A stretch of 64,000 bases of DNA, taken from positions 1,472,001 through 1,536,000 of the forward strand of contig CAXXLX010000001.1 in NCBI GenBank assembly GCA_963665235.2, read 5' to 3'. Position 1 is the first letter of the stretch. Each line of letters begins with the position of its first letter. A model generated the notes under the pieces. The model was given only the letters and a program-made list of their open reading frames with translations. It did not search any database and was not told where the DNA came from. This DNA comes from Candidatus Poribacteria bacterium (lineage in GTDB: Bacteria; Poribacteria; WGA-4E; WGA-3G). Below are positions 1 through 8,600 of this stretch, one piece after another. Position numbers and translations under genes: made by a program.

Positions 1-8
1 CGCATCTG

Positions 9-668
9 TTGATAACGACAAACGACCTCCTTAAACTTGATACTATTACGTATACGGGCTCTGATGAAACTTATGACCGTGGTGCAGCTGTTCATTTTCT
101 CATGCCAATTCGCAGCCGAGAAGTGGCACCTTCCGTGCAGCAAACAGACTTGATTCCACACAGTTCGCGAACTATGGATACGCTTTCGCTAAATGGAAAG
201 GACTATCCACCAGGGCAATGGATGTTGCAAGGTGTTTCAATTATCGACGAGGGTGATACCTGGTCAGCAAAGGTTCATGGAATAACCAGGGACGGTAAAT
301 TTTCTCTACCCCCAGCGGAATTACGGATTGGCACGTCACACATCAAGTCTGAGAAAAAGGGAGTCCCAGGCTCTATCGTTGTTTTTTCTAATGAGACGAA
401 CCAGAAGGTGCAGGCATTTTATGTATCAGCAACCGCTGCACGTTTACTGACAGTTCGACTATATCTTTTTCTGGAGGAGATTCCTGGTTTTTCGTTGCTA
501 TATGATACTAATTCTGAAGAGCGGTGTGAACTTGATGGGTTCCGGCTCTGGAAAATTGAGTATCCCGAAACAGTTCAACCCGAGCCGAAATATCGGCAAC
601 ACGATTTTCCTGAAACTGAAAAGCAATTGAAACATTCATGGGAAAGGGGTGAGCTTATAGGTCGTTAG
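9..668 (+). CDS. hypothetical protein (possibly 5'-truncated by the window edge)
   Basis: 219-aa ORF with a TTG start at the window edge; no recognised motif. Confidence 0.5.
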   Translation: MITTNDLLKLDTITYTGSDETYDRGAAVHFLMPIRSREVAPSVQQTDLIPHSSRTMDTLSLNGKDYPPGQWMLQGVSIIDEGDTWSAKVHGITRDGKFSLPPAELRIGTSHIKSEKKGVPGSIVVFSNETNQKVQAFYVSATAARLLTVRLYLFLEEIPGFSLLYDTNSEERCELDGFRLWKIEYPETVQPEPKYRQHDFPETEKQLKHSWERGELIGR

Positions 669-791
669 CAGAAGGGTCCGTATAAAAAGAGGAACCCTAT
701 TAGTACGAGTTGTGCTAAATAACTATTTGTCCAATATTATTTCACAATTATATAACGTCTTGTTAGTTTTTGTCATTGGTTGATTCCTTCT

Positions 792-921
792 TTAGTCCCA
801 GTATTCGGGCAAGCAGCCCGCTCTTTAAGGACGATATCTTTATAGAAAGTCGTTTCCGCCCCGGCCTCTTAGTCCCAGTATTCGGGCAAACAGCCCGCTC
901 CTCAAGGACGATATCTTTATA
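792..921 (+). repeat. two copies of a ~56-bp REP-like hairpin repeat (long form)
   Basis: TTAGTCCCAGTATTCGGGCAA[G/A]CAGCCCGCTC..AAGGACGATATCTTTATA at 792-848 and 869-921. Confidence 0.85.
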
Positions 922-1212
922 TGAATGTCAAATATCTGTGAAAACAACAAAAACAATGCGTTAACTGGCACAAGTCGTTATTAGTAGGATTTTCCGTTTT
1001 CTATAAATTGTCAGAATCTTGGATTACACGGATTTTAGGGTATGTAACATCCACAGTTTTGTGATTAAGGATGTTGCGTTTTTTCCGCATTATCGACACA
1101 TAAGTACAAAATACAAAATATTTACACAGGCCATGTCAAAGGGTGTGTAAAGTTTTTGTACAAGTAGAACTTACGCATTCCCCTCCGCTCCTCTACTAGC
1201 GGGATATCAGTA

Positions 1213-1344
1213 TTAGTCCCAGTATTCGGGCAAACAGCCCGCTCTTTAAGGACGATATCTTTATAGAAACACAAAACATGCACCCCCTCTTAGTCCCAGT
1301 ATTCAGGCAAGCAGCCTGCTCTTAAGGACGATATATTTATAGAA
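1213..1344 (+). repeat. two more copies of the long REP-like repeat
   Basis: Copies at 1213-1269 and 1290-1344; the second has the compensatory stem change CGGGC/GCCCG to CAGGC/GCCTG. Confidence 0.85.
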
Positions 1345-1433
1345 TGAAAAAAATGTTGTGGATTATTACCATTTATTGCCCGTCGCAGCCCTGATTCTAG
1401 TAGAAAAACGCATCGCGCATCACAACCCTATAC

Positions 1434-1717
1434 ACGCGAGCTTGATAATAAATATCCGTTTTCTCTAAACATTTTTGAGGTTCTCCGAAAAAAGCGGAAT
1501 GAGTGGAGCAGAAACGGCTGCTTCTATAAATATATCGTCCCTACGGGACTAAGAATCGGGGCGGAAATGGTTTTCTATAAATATATCGTCCCTACGGGAC
1601 TAAGAGGCGGGCAGAAACCCAGATGCCTATAAACATATCGTCCCTAAGGAGCGGACTTTCAGTATTCGGGCAACCAGCCCGCTCCTGATACGAGGGGAAA
1701 ATTTTTCAAACTCACGT
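1434..1717. mobile_element. MITE family B copy, interrupted by REP-like repeats
   Basis: Ends ACGCGAGCTTGATAATAAA...TTTTCAAACTCACGT; ends and internal sequence match 34365-34517 and 48321-48470. Confidence 0.7.
1521..1688 (-). repeat. three REP-like repeats (short form) in reverse orientation
   Basis: CTATAAATATATCGTCCCTACGGGACTAAG at 1524-1553 and 1575-1604, plus a degenerate copy from 1627. Confidence 0.8.
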
Positions 1718-1787
1718 TATACGACACGACGGGCGATGAATCGCCCTACTACGAACGGAGGTCCAAAAACTTTACGCACCCATGTCA

Positions 1788-3052
1788 CAGGGCCATTTAG
1801 TTTTAAGAATTTTCATGTGATGAGGTTAACTGCGAGTTTAGGTTTTGAGGCGAAAGATCGTATTGTCTCGGTGATTTTCGTATAACCGGCAAATCGTAAG
1901 ACTGCCAGTGCGGTGTTGCGTAAAGCTGCCATGACTTGGGGGATGCTGCCTGTTCTTGCTTTTGAGGCATCCTCTCCTAAAACCACGTCTCGAACCCAGT
2001 GGGATTTGTTTTCTATCGTCCAATGTTCTCGGTGTAGTTTTAGCAAGTCTTCCGCTGTTGCCTCTGCGACAAGTTAGTGATACCATACTGGATAGAAGTT
2101 TCACATTCACCTGTTTTGGTATTGACGCGCTGCACTTTGTATAGACTTGTGCAAGACCCGGCCAGTCAATATAATCTGACACGCTTGTGCTAGCTGTTCC
2201 CGTGTGATGATAAATCCGCGGTTTCTTCAACAAGGTGTGCCCCTGCTTGCGTGTGTGCGTTTTGAAGTCTGCCTTGATCGGGGGGGTCCGTCTAACAAGG
2301 GGGGCAAAGACCCACACAATATCGATATACATCTGTTTCTGATTCTTTTTGACACGCAGCACATAATAGGCTTTCTGTTTGATAAGTTCTTTACAAAAAG
2401 CACGTTGGGTCAATAGAGCATCCGTTGTCACCACTTTTCCTTTGACATCAAACTTTTCCAGCAGTTGCCGGGAAATAGGTATCTCATTGGTCTTGTGACT
2501 GACGGCACATGCAAGGGTAACCCCTAACTCATGACAGACAGCGGAGAGTAAATGGGTTCGGCGGCCGGTGTCTATGTCTATGGAACCGCAGAGTTCTTTA
2601 CCATCTATAGCAATGCCTTTCAAACCCGAGGGGTCTGTCCCTTCAAGAGCCGCAAGTTGTAAAGACACCCATTCGGTTGAGGGCGGTTTCTAAACTTTCT
2701 ATATCAAGATGCTTAAACAGATTATGAAAAACGGGGTCTTCCCACAACGGAAACCTAACGCTTCAGCCAGTTCAGGTTCATTGCGGGCCCAGGTCGCTAT
2801 AGACGTATAATATGACCGCACAGAAAACCGATAACATAAGAGCAAGGATGGAAACCAAAGGATGCCGTTTGCCTTTTGGGTGGATCTACAATTTGTGATA
2901 ATATACTGAGTAACATACTTCAACCTTCCTAAAAAAAAGGATTATTTTATTTACAGTGAAGTAAGCAGATGCAGCGAAAAAAGTCACGCTGCATCTGTCC
3001 AAATCAAAATAATAACAGATAGGAAAAAAATTCCTAAAACTAAATGGCCCTG
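1788..3052 (-). mobile_element. ISAs1-family insertion sequence (~1265 bp)
   Basis: IRs CAGGGCCATTTAGTTTTA[A/G]GAATTTT at both ends; perfect 10-bp target duplication ACCCATGTCA at 1778-1787 and 3053-3062. Confidence 0.93.
1813..2923 (-). pseudogene. ISAs1-family transposase, split by frameshifts
   Basis: Three fragments with ISAs1 motifs IAIDGK, KTNEIP, VVTTDALLTQR, VKKNQ and REHWTIENKSHWVRDVVLGED. Confidence 0.88.
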
Positions 3053-3071
3053 ACCCATGTCAAATATTTTC

Positions 3072-3100
3072 TTGACATAAAAAATGAAATAATGTAAAAT
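3072..3100 (+). promoter_or_regulatory. sigma70-type promoter
   Basis: TTGACA-N17-TAAAAT upstream of the 3.3-14.2 kb cluster. Confidence 0.7.
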
Positions 3101-3111
3101 ATAATTTTATT

Positions 3112-3273
3112 GAGGGTGGGTCGGACATAAATCCTCGTAACTGCACTGATGGGAACCATAAATGTCTCAGTATTCGTTATAGTGTGGTCGGAAGCTGTAG
3201 CACGCTCTGTTAGATTGTGACTGCATCTTGCAAACGGACATTACGAAACCGCCGCGAATAATGAACCCACCTC
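3112..3273 (+). ncRNA. candidate structured leader or ncRNA
   Basis: 5' GAGGGTGGGT pairs with 3' ACCCACCTC; internal pairings TCGTAA/TTACGA, CTGA..TCAG, GTTATAG/CTGTAGC; no convincing ORF. Confidence 0.3.
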
Positions 3274-3327
3274 GTTTAATTTTAATTTATGAGAATTTCA
3301 AAACGATACGAAAGGAGACCGAAAACA

Positions 3328-4074
3328 ATGCGCAAACGATTAGAGTTAATTCTGACAGCCCTACTTCCTGTAGCGGTTTTGTCAATCGGTTTTGTCACGT
3401 TTTCTTCAAAGGCTGGACTAAATAGCAACGAAACGGCTTCTCCGAAAGCATCCGGTGATTATTACAGAGCACCCGGTAAGGATGGTATGTACTTCGGTCC
3501 AGAAGTCTATTCCAGCACTCTAAACGGTGGCCCTTTTAATAACGGCTTTGAGATTGTGTATACAAACGAGTGTGGCAGTGTTTCTGCATCATCCACTCCA
3601 AATGCTGTTAGTTGGCACCGAAACCAAGTTTGGTCTTTTAGCACGGACCCTGAACATGATACACCGCCATGGGGCACCACTTCCTCCTACATTGCCCTCA
3701 GAGACGACCTTGGATGGGACGAGATTAGTCTTGGTGGAGGAACTACCGGGTATCCCTGGGCAGGATACGAAATACATGAAAGTGAGGCCGATTCCCTCAT
3801 AGTATCAGGCTGGACCGACGTAACAGGGTATAGACGTCATCCCGTGGATGCTGATGCTGATGATGAGCCGATATACATCTGTCCGATGTACTACAAGACA
3901 GGGGACTGGGTCTATGATGGTGCCACTGGGGGTAAGTCTCCGGATAACGTAGAAGAATATAAACAATCGAAAGGTCGCTTTGGACCTCCTATGTTTCGCG
4001 ATGAAGAAGAGCAAATACTCAGTCGGTTCGTAGCGGATTTAGATCGTTGGTTTGACTGTATAGAGTTGAATTAG
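3328..4074 (+). CDS. exported Cys-containing protein, family A copy 1
   Basis: ATG 3328 after AAGGAG; N-terminal hydrophobic segment; clear paralogue of 11740-12504 (PWGT.TSYI.L.DDLGW.EIS.GGGTTGYPW, CPMYYK, RW.DCI). Confidence 0.8.
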   Translation: MRKRLELILTALLPVAVLSIGFVTFSSKAGLNSNETASPKASGDYYRAPGKDGMYFGPEVYSSTLNGGPFNNGFEIVYTNECGSVSASSTPNAVSWHRNQVWSFSTDPEHDTPPWGTTSSYIALRDDLGWDEISLGGGTTGYPWAGYEIHESEADSLIVSGWTDVTGYRRHPVDADADDEPIYICPMYYKTGDWVYDGATGGKSPDNVEEYKQSKGRFGPPMFRDEEEQILSRFVADLDRWFDCIELN

Positions 4075-4170
4075 ATCTCGTAGTTTCAACCTTTTCAAGC
4101 AATGGGAAGGGAAGTTTGTATCTTTTCCCATTGCTTCTTCGCTAATCTCACAAAGGCAAGGAGGTGCCAC

Positions 4171-4947
4171 ATGAAACAGATGGCAAAAACTTGGATAGGT
4201 CTTGTGTTAATCGTCATACTTAGTGTTTTATCTCTATCTGCTTCTGCTCAGGTTTTTCGGGATGATTTTGATGTCCTGAAAGAGGCTGACTGGGAGCTTT
4301 GGGATGACGCTTCTGATTCTGTGTGGCGAGTTAAAGATGGGTTTTTAAGGGTAGCAATACCATCGAATGACTTTTTTAGACCTGCTGGATTCTTCCAATT
4401 TAAGGGAATTCCGGGCAACTACGAGACCTTCGAATTTTTTATTGAAGACCTTTTAATTCAGCGGCAGGAAAAGAAACCGGGGCCTGAGGTTTTCACAATT
4501 AAAGTTAACAATTTGGGTTCAAAAAAGGCGAGTTTTGGTGTCGCCATTGGACGAAGATTTCCAGAAGTGAGCAAAGGATACTCGTTCTTTTATGTGTTTA
4601 CCACCTATGGAATAGAGGCAAAGGCGTACATGTGGTTTGGTGTAGATCATTGGTCGGACAAGGAACCGCGCCACCCTAACGTCTTTCGGGAGGGGATATG
4701 GGCATTAGCATCCATGGAGATTCGTTTTGATAGGGGACATTTTCTATGGTTTGCGGATGGTGAAAAACGCGCGGATTTTGAAGACCCCGATTTTTCACAA
4801 ATTGAGCTCATCGGGTTTCTAATACGACCAGGTATTTTGGATGGTGGGAGTGGATGGGTGGATTCATTTACGATTTCGTATTCAGGGCTTGCTGTTTCAC
4901 CGCAAACCAAGTTAGCGACAACGTGGGGAACGTTAAAACGGTTTTGA
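4171..4947 (+). CDS. secreted beta-sandwich protein with TTWG C-terminal motif, family B copy 1
   Basis: AGGAGG RBS; signal peptide ending ASA; ends AVSPQTKLATTWGTLKRF. Confidence 0.85.
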   Translation: MKQMAKTWIGLVLIVILSVLSLSASAQVFRDDFDVLKEADWELWDDASDSVWRVKDGFLRVAIPSNDFFRPAGFFQFKGIPGNYETFEFFIEDLLIQRQEKKPGPEVFTIKVNNLGSKKASFGVAIGRRFPEVSKGYSFFYVFTTYGIEAKAYMWFGVDHWSDKEPRHPNVFREGIWALASMEIRFDRGHFLWFADGEKRADFEDPDFSQIELIGFLIRPGILDGGSGWVDSFTISYSGLAVSPQTKLATTWGTLKRF

Positions 4948-5137
4948 ACGGACACAAAACCAGAACGGCCGTAGAAATAGGGATTTTTAACCCCCTATTC
5001 TCCTTATCGAGGGGGATGCGTAAGTCCTGAAAACTTTAACTAAATAGTTTTACCCTGACAGGAGACAATCTATTATGAAAGTTAAAACTGTAAGTTCCAT
5101 CTGCCGGTCCGTGTGTATTTTCAACCTCACTGCGGAC

Positions 5138-5908
5138 ATGAGGAAGTATATCATAAAGACCGTCCTTTGTGCTGTGCTTTTGGGGGTTTTTGCAATTGGA
5201 TATAGCCAGGCCGGAACTTGGAGCGACGATTTTAGTGGAGCGGAACTCAACGGATGGGAACGTATTTTCGAAGAGGATCCTTGGTCTGTAGATTGGAGAC
5301 TTGTAGCCTGGGGACCTATGGATGACCATTTCCTCCTCTTTGGTGATATTCGTATGCCTAAACAAGAGGGTGTGACAGCAGCCGATTTTCTGCACTGGAA
5401 CGCCCATCCATTTCAACTTGACAAGTTAAAGGTAGTAGGTGATGAGATACGTTATGGACGGCCCGCCTCTGGTGAACTTTGCTTATTCCTCGGCAAACGG
5501 CAACCCGAACCTGACTTTGCCGAAGGTTATATTTTTTCTCCTGAAAAGGCAACGAAAATGCAATTTACCGAAAATGGGGTGTATAATAAAGGGGAAGTGA
5601 AAGCCGAGTATGCCCCCATGTTCCGGCTGACTTCAGGAGACTTAAAGGTTTTTTTTGACACAGGAACATTTCAAATCTTTACGCAAGACCTTTTCATAAC
5701 GGAATTCTTTGACGCTGAGATTACTATGATTGATGTCATCGGTTTAATGATAGTGTTTGAATTTCCAGTTGCCGATGTGCGATGGTTTGATGGATCGATT
5801 TCAACCTTTTCGGTTTCCGGAGAGGGTATTCCGAATCATAATTCTCTTGATGTGCCGTTGGGAAACATGCAACTGACGACCACTTGGGGAGAATTGAAAC
5901 GTTTCTGA
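5138..5908 (+). CDS. secreted beta-sandwich protein with TTWG motif, subfamily C copy 1
   Basis: Signal peptide; WSDDF start of mature domain; ends MQLTTTWGELKRF; paralogue of 7848-8600. Confidence 0.82.
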   Translation: MRKYIIKTVLCAVLLGVFAIGYSQAGTWSDDFSGAELNGWERIFEEDPWSVDWRLVAWGPMDDHFLLFGDIRMPKQEGVTAADFLHWNAHPFQLDKLKVVGDEIRYGRPASGELCLFLGKRQPEPDFAEGYIFSPEKATKMQFTENGVYNKGEVKAEYAPMFRLTSGDLKVFFDTGTFQIFTQDLFITEFFDAEITMIDVIGLMIVFEFPVADVRWFDGSISTFSVSGEGIPNHNSLDVPLGNMQLTTTWGELKRF

Positions 5909-5950
5909 ACATATCACTTTATCAACCTCACAAAGGCAAGGAGGTGCCAC

Positions 5951-6739
5951 ATGAAACTGATAGCAAAGACCTGGGTGGGTCTTGTGTTAATCGTCGTACT
6001 TAGTGTTTTATCTCTATCTGCTTCTGCTCAGGTTTTTCGGGATAATTTTAATGTCCTGAAAGAGGATGACTGGGAGCTTTGGGATGCCGCCTCTGATTCT
6101 GTGTGGCGAGTTAAAGATGGTTTTTTAAGGGTAGCAATACCAGCGAATGACTTTTTTATTCCTGCTGCATTCTTCCAATTTAAGGGAATTCCTGGGAAGT
6201 ACGAGACCTTCGAATTTCTTATTGAGGACCTTTTAATTCAGCGGGAGGAAAAGAAACCGGGACCTGAGGACTTCACAATTAGGGTTAAAAATTTGGGTTC
6301 AAAAAGGGCGAGGTTTGGTGTCGCCATTGGACGAAGATTTCCCGAAGTGAGCAAAAGACACGCGTTTTTTTATGTGTTTACCACCTATGGAATAGAGGCA
6401 AAGGCTTACATGTGGTCTGGTACGAGTCATTGGTGGGACAAAGAACCGCGCCATCCTGACGTTTTTCGGCAGGGACTATTGGAATTATCATCCACGGAGA
6501 TTCGTTTTAATAAGGGACATTTTCAGTGGTTTGCGGATGGTGAAAAACGTGCAGAGTTTGAAGACCCCGATTTTGCACAAATTGAAATCATCGGGTTTCT
6601 AATACAAGCAAATATGTGGCATGTAGGGAGTGGATGGGTGAATTCGTTCAGGATTTCGGGGTCAGGGCTTTCGAAGCTTGCCGTTTCACCACAAGCCAAG
6701 TTAGCGACTACATGGGGGCAACTCAAACAGCGAAGGTGA
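5951..6739 (+). CDS. secreted beta-sandwich protein with TTWG motif, family B copy 2
   Basis: Nucleotide-level duplicate of 4171-4947 including the upstream CTCACAAAGGCAAGGAGGTGCCAC; ends AVSPQAKLATTWGQLKQRR. Confidence 0.88.
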   Translation: MKLIAKTWVGLVLIVVLSVLSLSASAQVFRDNFNVLKEDDWELWDAASDSVWRVKDGFLRVAIPANDFFIPAAFFQFKGIPGKYETFEFLIEDLLIQREEKKPGPEDFTIRVKNLGSKRARFGVAIGRRFPEVSKRHAFFYVFTTYGIEAKAYMWSGTSHWWDKEPRHPDVFRQGLLELSSTEIRFNKGHFQWFADGEKRAEFEDPDFAQIEIIGFLIQANMWHVGSGWVNSFRISGSGLSKLAVSPQAKLATTWGQLKQRR

Positions 6740-6743
6740 CATC

Positions 6744-7841
6744 ATGTCAAGACGTTCCGTTATCACAACAATCATCATTCCGGTGCTGCTGATTTCGGTG
6801 TTGGTTATCGTGCTCGTTAATAACCAGCGGGAGTTCCCTGGCGAGCTTGTTTTCGCGCAAAATAAGGTGGACTTCGGAACAATTCCTGAGTGGGAAGGGG
6901 TTGTAACACGTTCAGTGACAGCGAGAAATACGGGGGGAGGCACACTCCAAATAGAAAAAATTCGGGCAAGGTGTAGTTACGCAAAGATTACGGGCCCAAA
7001 ACTACTTCAACCCGCCGAGGAAGGAACGTTCGAAGTTGTGATTAATCCGCAAATCGTTCCGCTCGATGCGACCCCAGCGACGGCTGTCCTTTTCACGGAT
7101 AGCCCACGGACACCACAGGTTTATCTCACAATTGTCGCTTCGGCACAGCGGTTCGCCACCCTAAGCGCGGACATCTGCGATTTCGGAGAGATTCTCCCTG
7201 AAACGGTGCATGAAAAGCGGGTCAAACTGTGTGTAAACGCGCCACTCAATTTAGCGGAGGTCCGCCTCATGCCATCGACACATCCAGGGCTGATGTGGAA
7301 AATGTCGCCCGAGCCGGATTCAATCTGTTTCCACATCACAATTCAGTTGCAAGCTCCGAAAAAACGGGAACGGGTAGACACAGAGTCGCCTCCGGGCACT
7401 GCCGAAAACTTTTTTTCCGCGATACTTACCGTCGCTTTTCCGAATGAGCGAACTTTGACGTTGCCGATTGCTGCGAAAATAGTGCGTCCCGTGACAGTTC
7501 ACCCGGAAACCCTCTCCTACGGTGCGGTGGACAGAGGTACGGAGCCGTTTACTGAATTCACGCTCTCCGCGAAAAAAGGTTTTAAGGTGCTAAGTCTTCA
7601 GGTTCCGGACTCTGTGCGGGTTGCTGCGCCGGACGATTGGACGCAATCCTTACACGCCTACAACGCACACGGACAACCAGAGAAACGGTTCAAGGTTTTT
7701 TGGGAGGTGGCGAACTCACCTGAACTGCTGCGTGAAGAGATCCGGGTGCTGACCACAGCAGACCCGTTACCGCTCCGTATTCCTATTTACGGGTTAATTC
7801 GTTCCACAAAGGGTGGAACTATTACATCAGCTGGGAGGTAA
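6744..7841 (+). CDS. DUF1573-like (Ig/PapD-like) membrane-anchored protein
   Basis: N-terminal TM helix; VDFGTI...ARNTGGGTLQIEKIRARCSY...LQPAEEG pattern, repeated DFG motifs. Confidence 0.75.
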   Translation: MSRRSVITTIIIPVLLISVLVIVLVNNQREFPGELVFAQNKVDFGTIPEWEGVVTRSVTARNTGGGTLQIEKIRARCSYAKITGPKLLQPAEEGTFEVVINPQIVPLDATPATAVLFTDSPRTPQVYLTIVASAQRFATLSADICDFGEILPETVHEKRVKLCVNAPLNLAEVRLMPSTHPGLMWKMSPEPDSICFHITIQLQAPKKRERVDTESPPGTAENFFSAILTVAFPNERTLTLPIAAKIVRPVTVHPETLSYGAVDRGTEPFTEFTLSAKKGFKVLSLQVPDSVRVAAPDDWTQSLHAYNAHGQPEKRFKVFWEVANSPELLREEIRVLTTADPLPLRIPIYGLIRSTKGGTITSAGR

Positions 7842-7847
7842 ACTGTT

Positions 7848-8600
7848 ATGAGATATATCATAAAAATCGCTTTTAGTGTAGTGCTTTTGAGCATTTTCGC
7901 AATTGGACAGGGTTCTGCCGAAGTCTGGGTTGAGCCGTTTGAGGATGAGGAACTCAACGGGTGGGAATCCCCTGTGGAGCATTGGCGCGCCTGGTGGGAA
8001 GCTATAGAGGGAATGCTTTTCGCTCGAATTCAGAGATCCAATCACCGACCAATATGTGAGAAGAACATAGCAGATTTTCTGCACTGGAAAGCCGTTCAAT
8101 TTCAATTTGAGCAGTTAACAATGGTAGGCAAGGAAATGATTTATCAACAGGAGGGGCATAAAGGTATGGGGGAACTCTGTTTGTTCCTCGGTAAACAACA
8201 AATCGCACCTGACTTTGCAGTGGAGGGGTATATTGTCAGTCCCGAAGAGACAAGCAAAATGACGTTCTCCGAAACTGACGCTTACAATAGAGGCAAAACG
8301 AAGGCGTGGTACGGCGACAAATTCCCATTCACTACAGACCACCTAAAAGTTGTTTTTGATTCAGGAAAATTCCAGGTGTTTACGAACGAAGTCCTGCTAA
8401 CCGAATTTACGGATGATGACTTCACGAAGATTGATGTTGTGGGATTGGTCATTACGTGTCACTTCGGCGGCGACTGGTTTGGTGCCCGCATGTCAAGTTT
8501 TTCTATTTCTAATGTCGATATTCCTAATCATGGTCTTGCAGTTCAATTGCGGGGAACGCAGCTCGCTACAACCTGGGGAAATTTGAAGCAGTTTGAGTAA
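7848..8600 (+). CDS. secreted beta-sandwich protein with TTWG motif, subfamily C copy 2
   Basis: Shares ADFLHW, GELCLFLGK and EGYI.SPE with 5138-5908; ends TQLATTWGNLKQFE. Confidence 0.82.
   Translation: MRYIIKIAFSVVLLSIFAIGQGSAEVWVEPFEDEELNGWESPVEHWRAWWEAIEGMLFARIQRSNHRPICEKNIADFLHWKAVQFQFEQLTMVGKEMIYQQEGHKGMGELCLFLGKQQIAPDFAVEGYIVSPEETSKMTFSETDAYNRGKTKAWYGDKFPFTTDHLKVVFDSGKFQVFTNEVLLTEFTDDDFTKIDVVGLVITCHFGGDWFGARMSSFSISNVDIPNHGLAVQLRGTQLATTWGNLKQFE

Larger units (their letters stand above)
1141..1781. mobile_element. non-autonomous element with terminal inverted repeats (Mutator/IS256-like MITE) containing nested repeats
   Basis: Left end GGGTGTGTAAAGTTTTTG, right end CAAAAACTTTACGCACCC. 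Flanked by 8-bp direct repeat ATGTCAAA (1133-1140, and 3057-3064 once ISAs1 is removed). Confidence 0.7.

Noticed and set aside
770-964. Short ORF over repeats, and the many short antisense ORFs in the track
   Set aside because: They overlap repeats or well-supported genes and have no independent coding signal.
792-1344. Possible CRISPR mini-arrays (56-bp repeats with ~20-bp linkers)
   Set aside because: Only pairs, dispersed in both orientations across the window and with variable loops; this fits REP-like elements. No leader or cas genes.
1813-2923. Programmed frameshifting in the transposase
   Set aside because: ISAs1 transposases are single ORFs, and multiple breaks point to decay or sequencing error.
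4171-6739. Diversity-generating retroelement template/variable repeat pair
   Set aside because: Differences involve all four bases rather than adenines only, both copies are full genes, and no reverse transcriptase is in the window.
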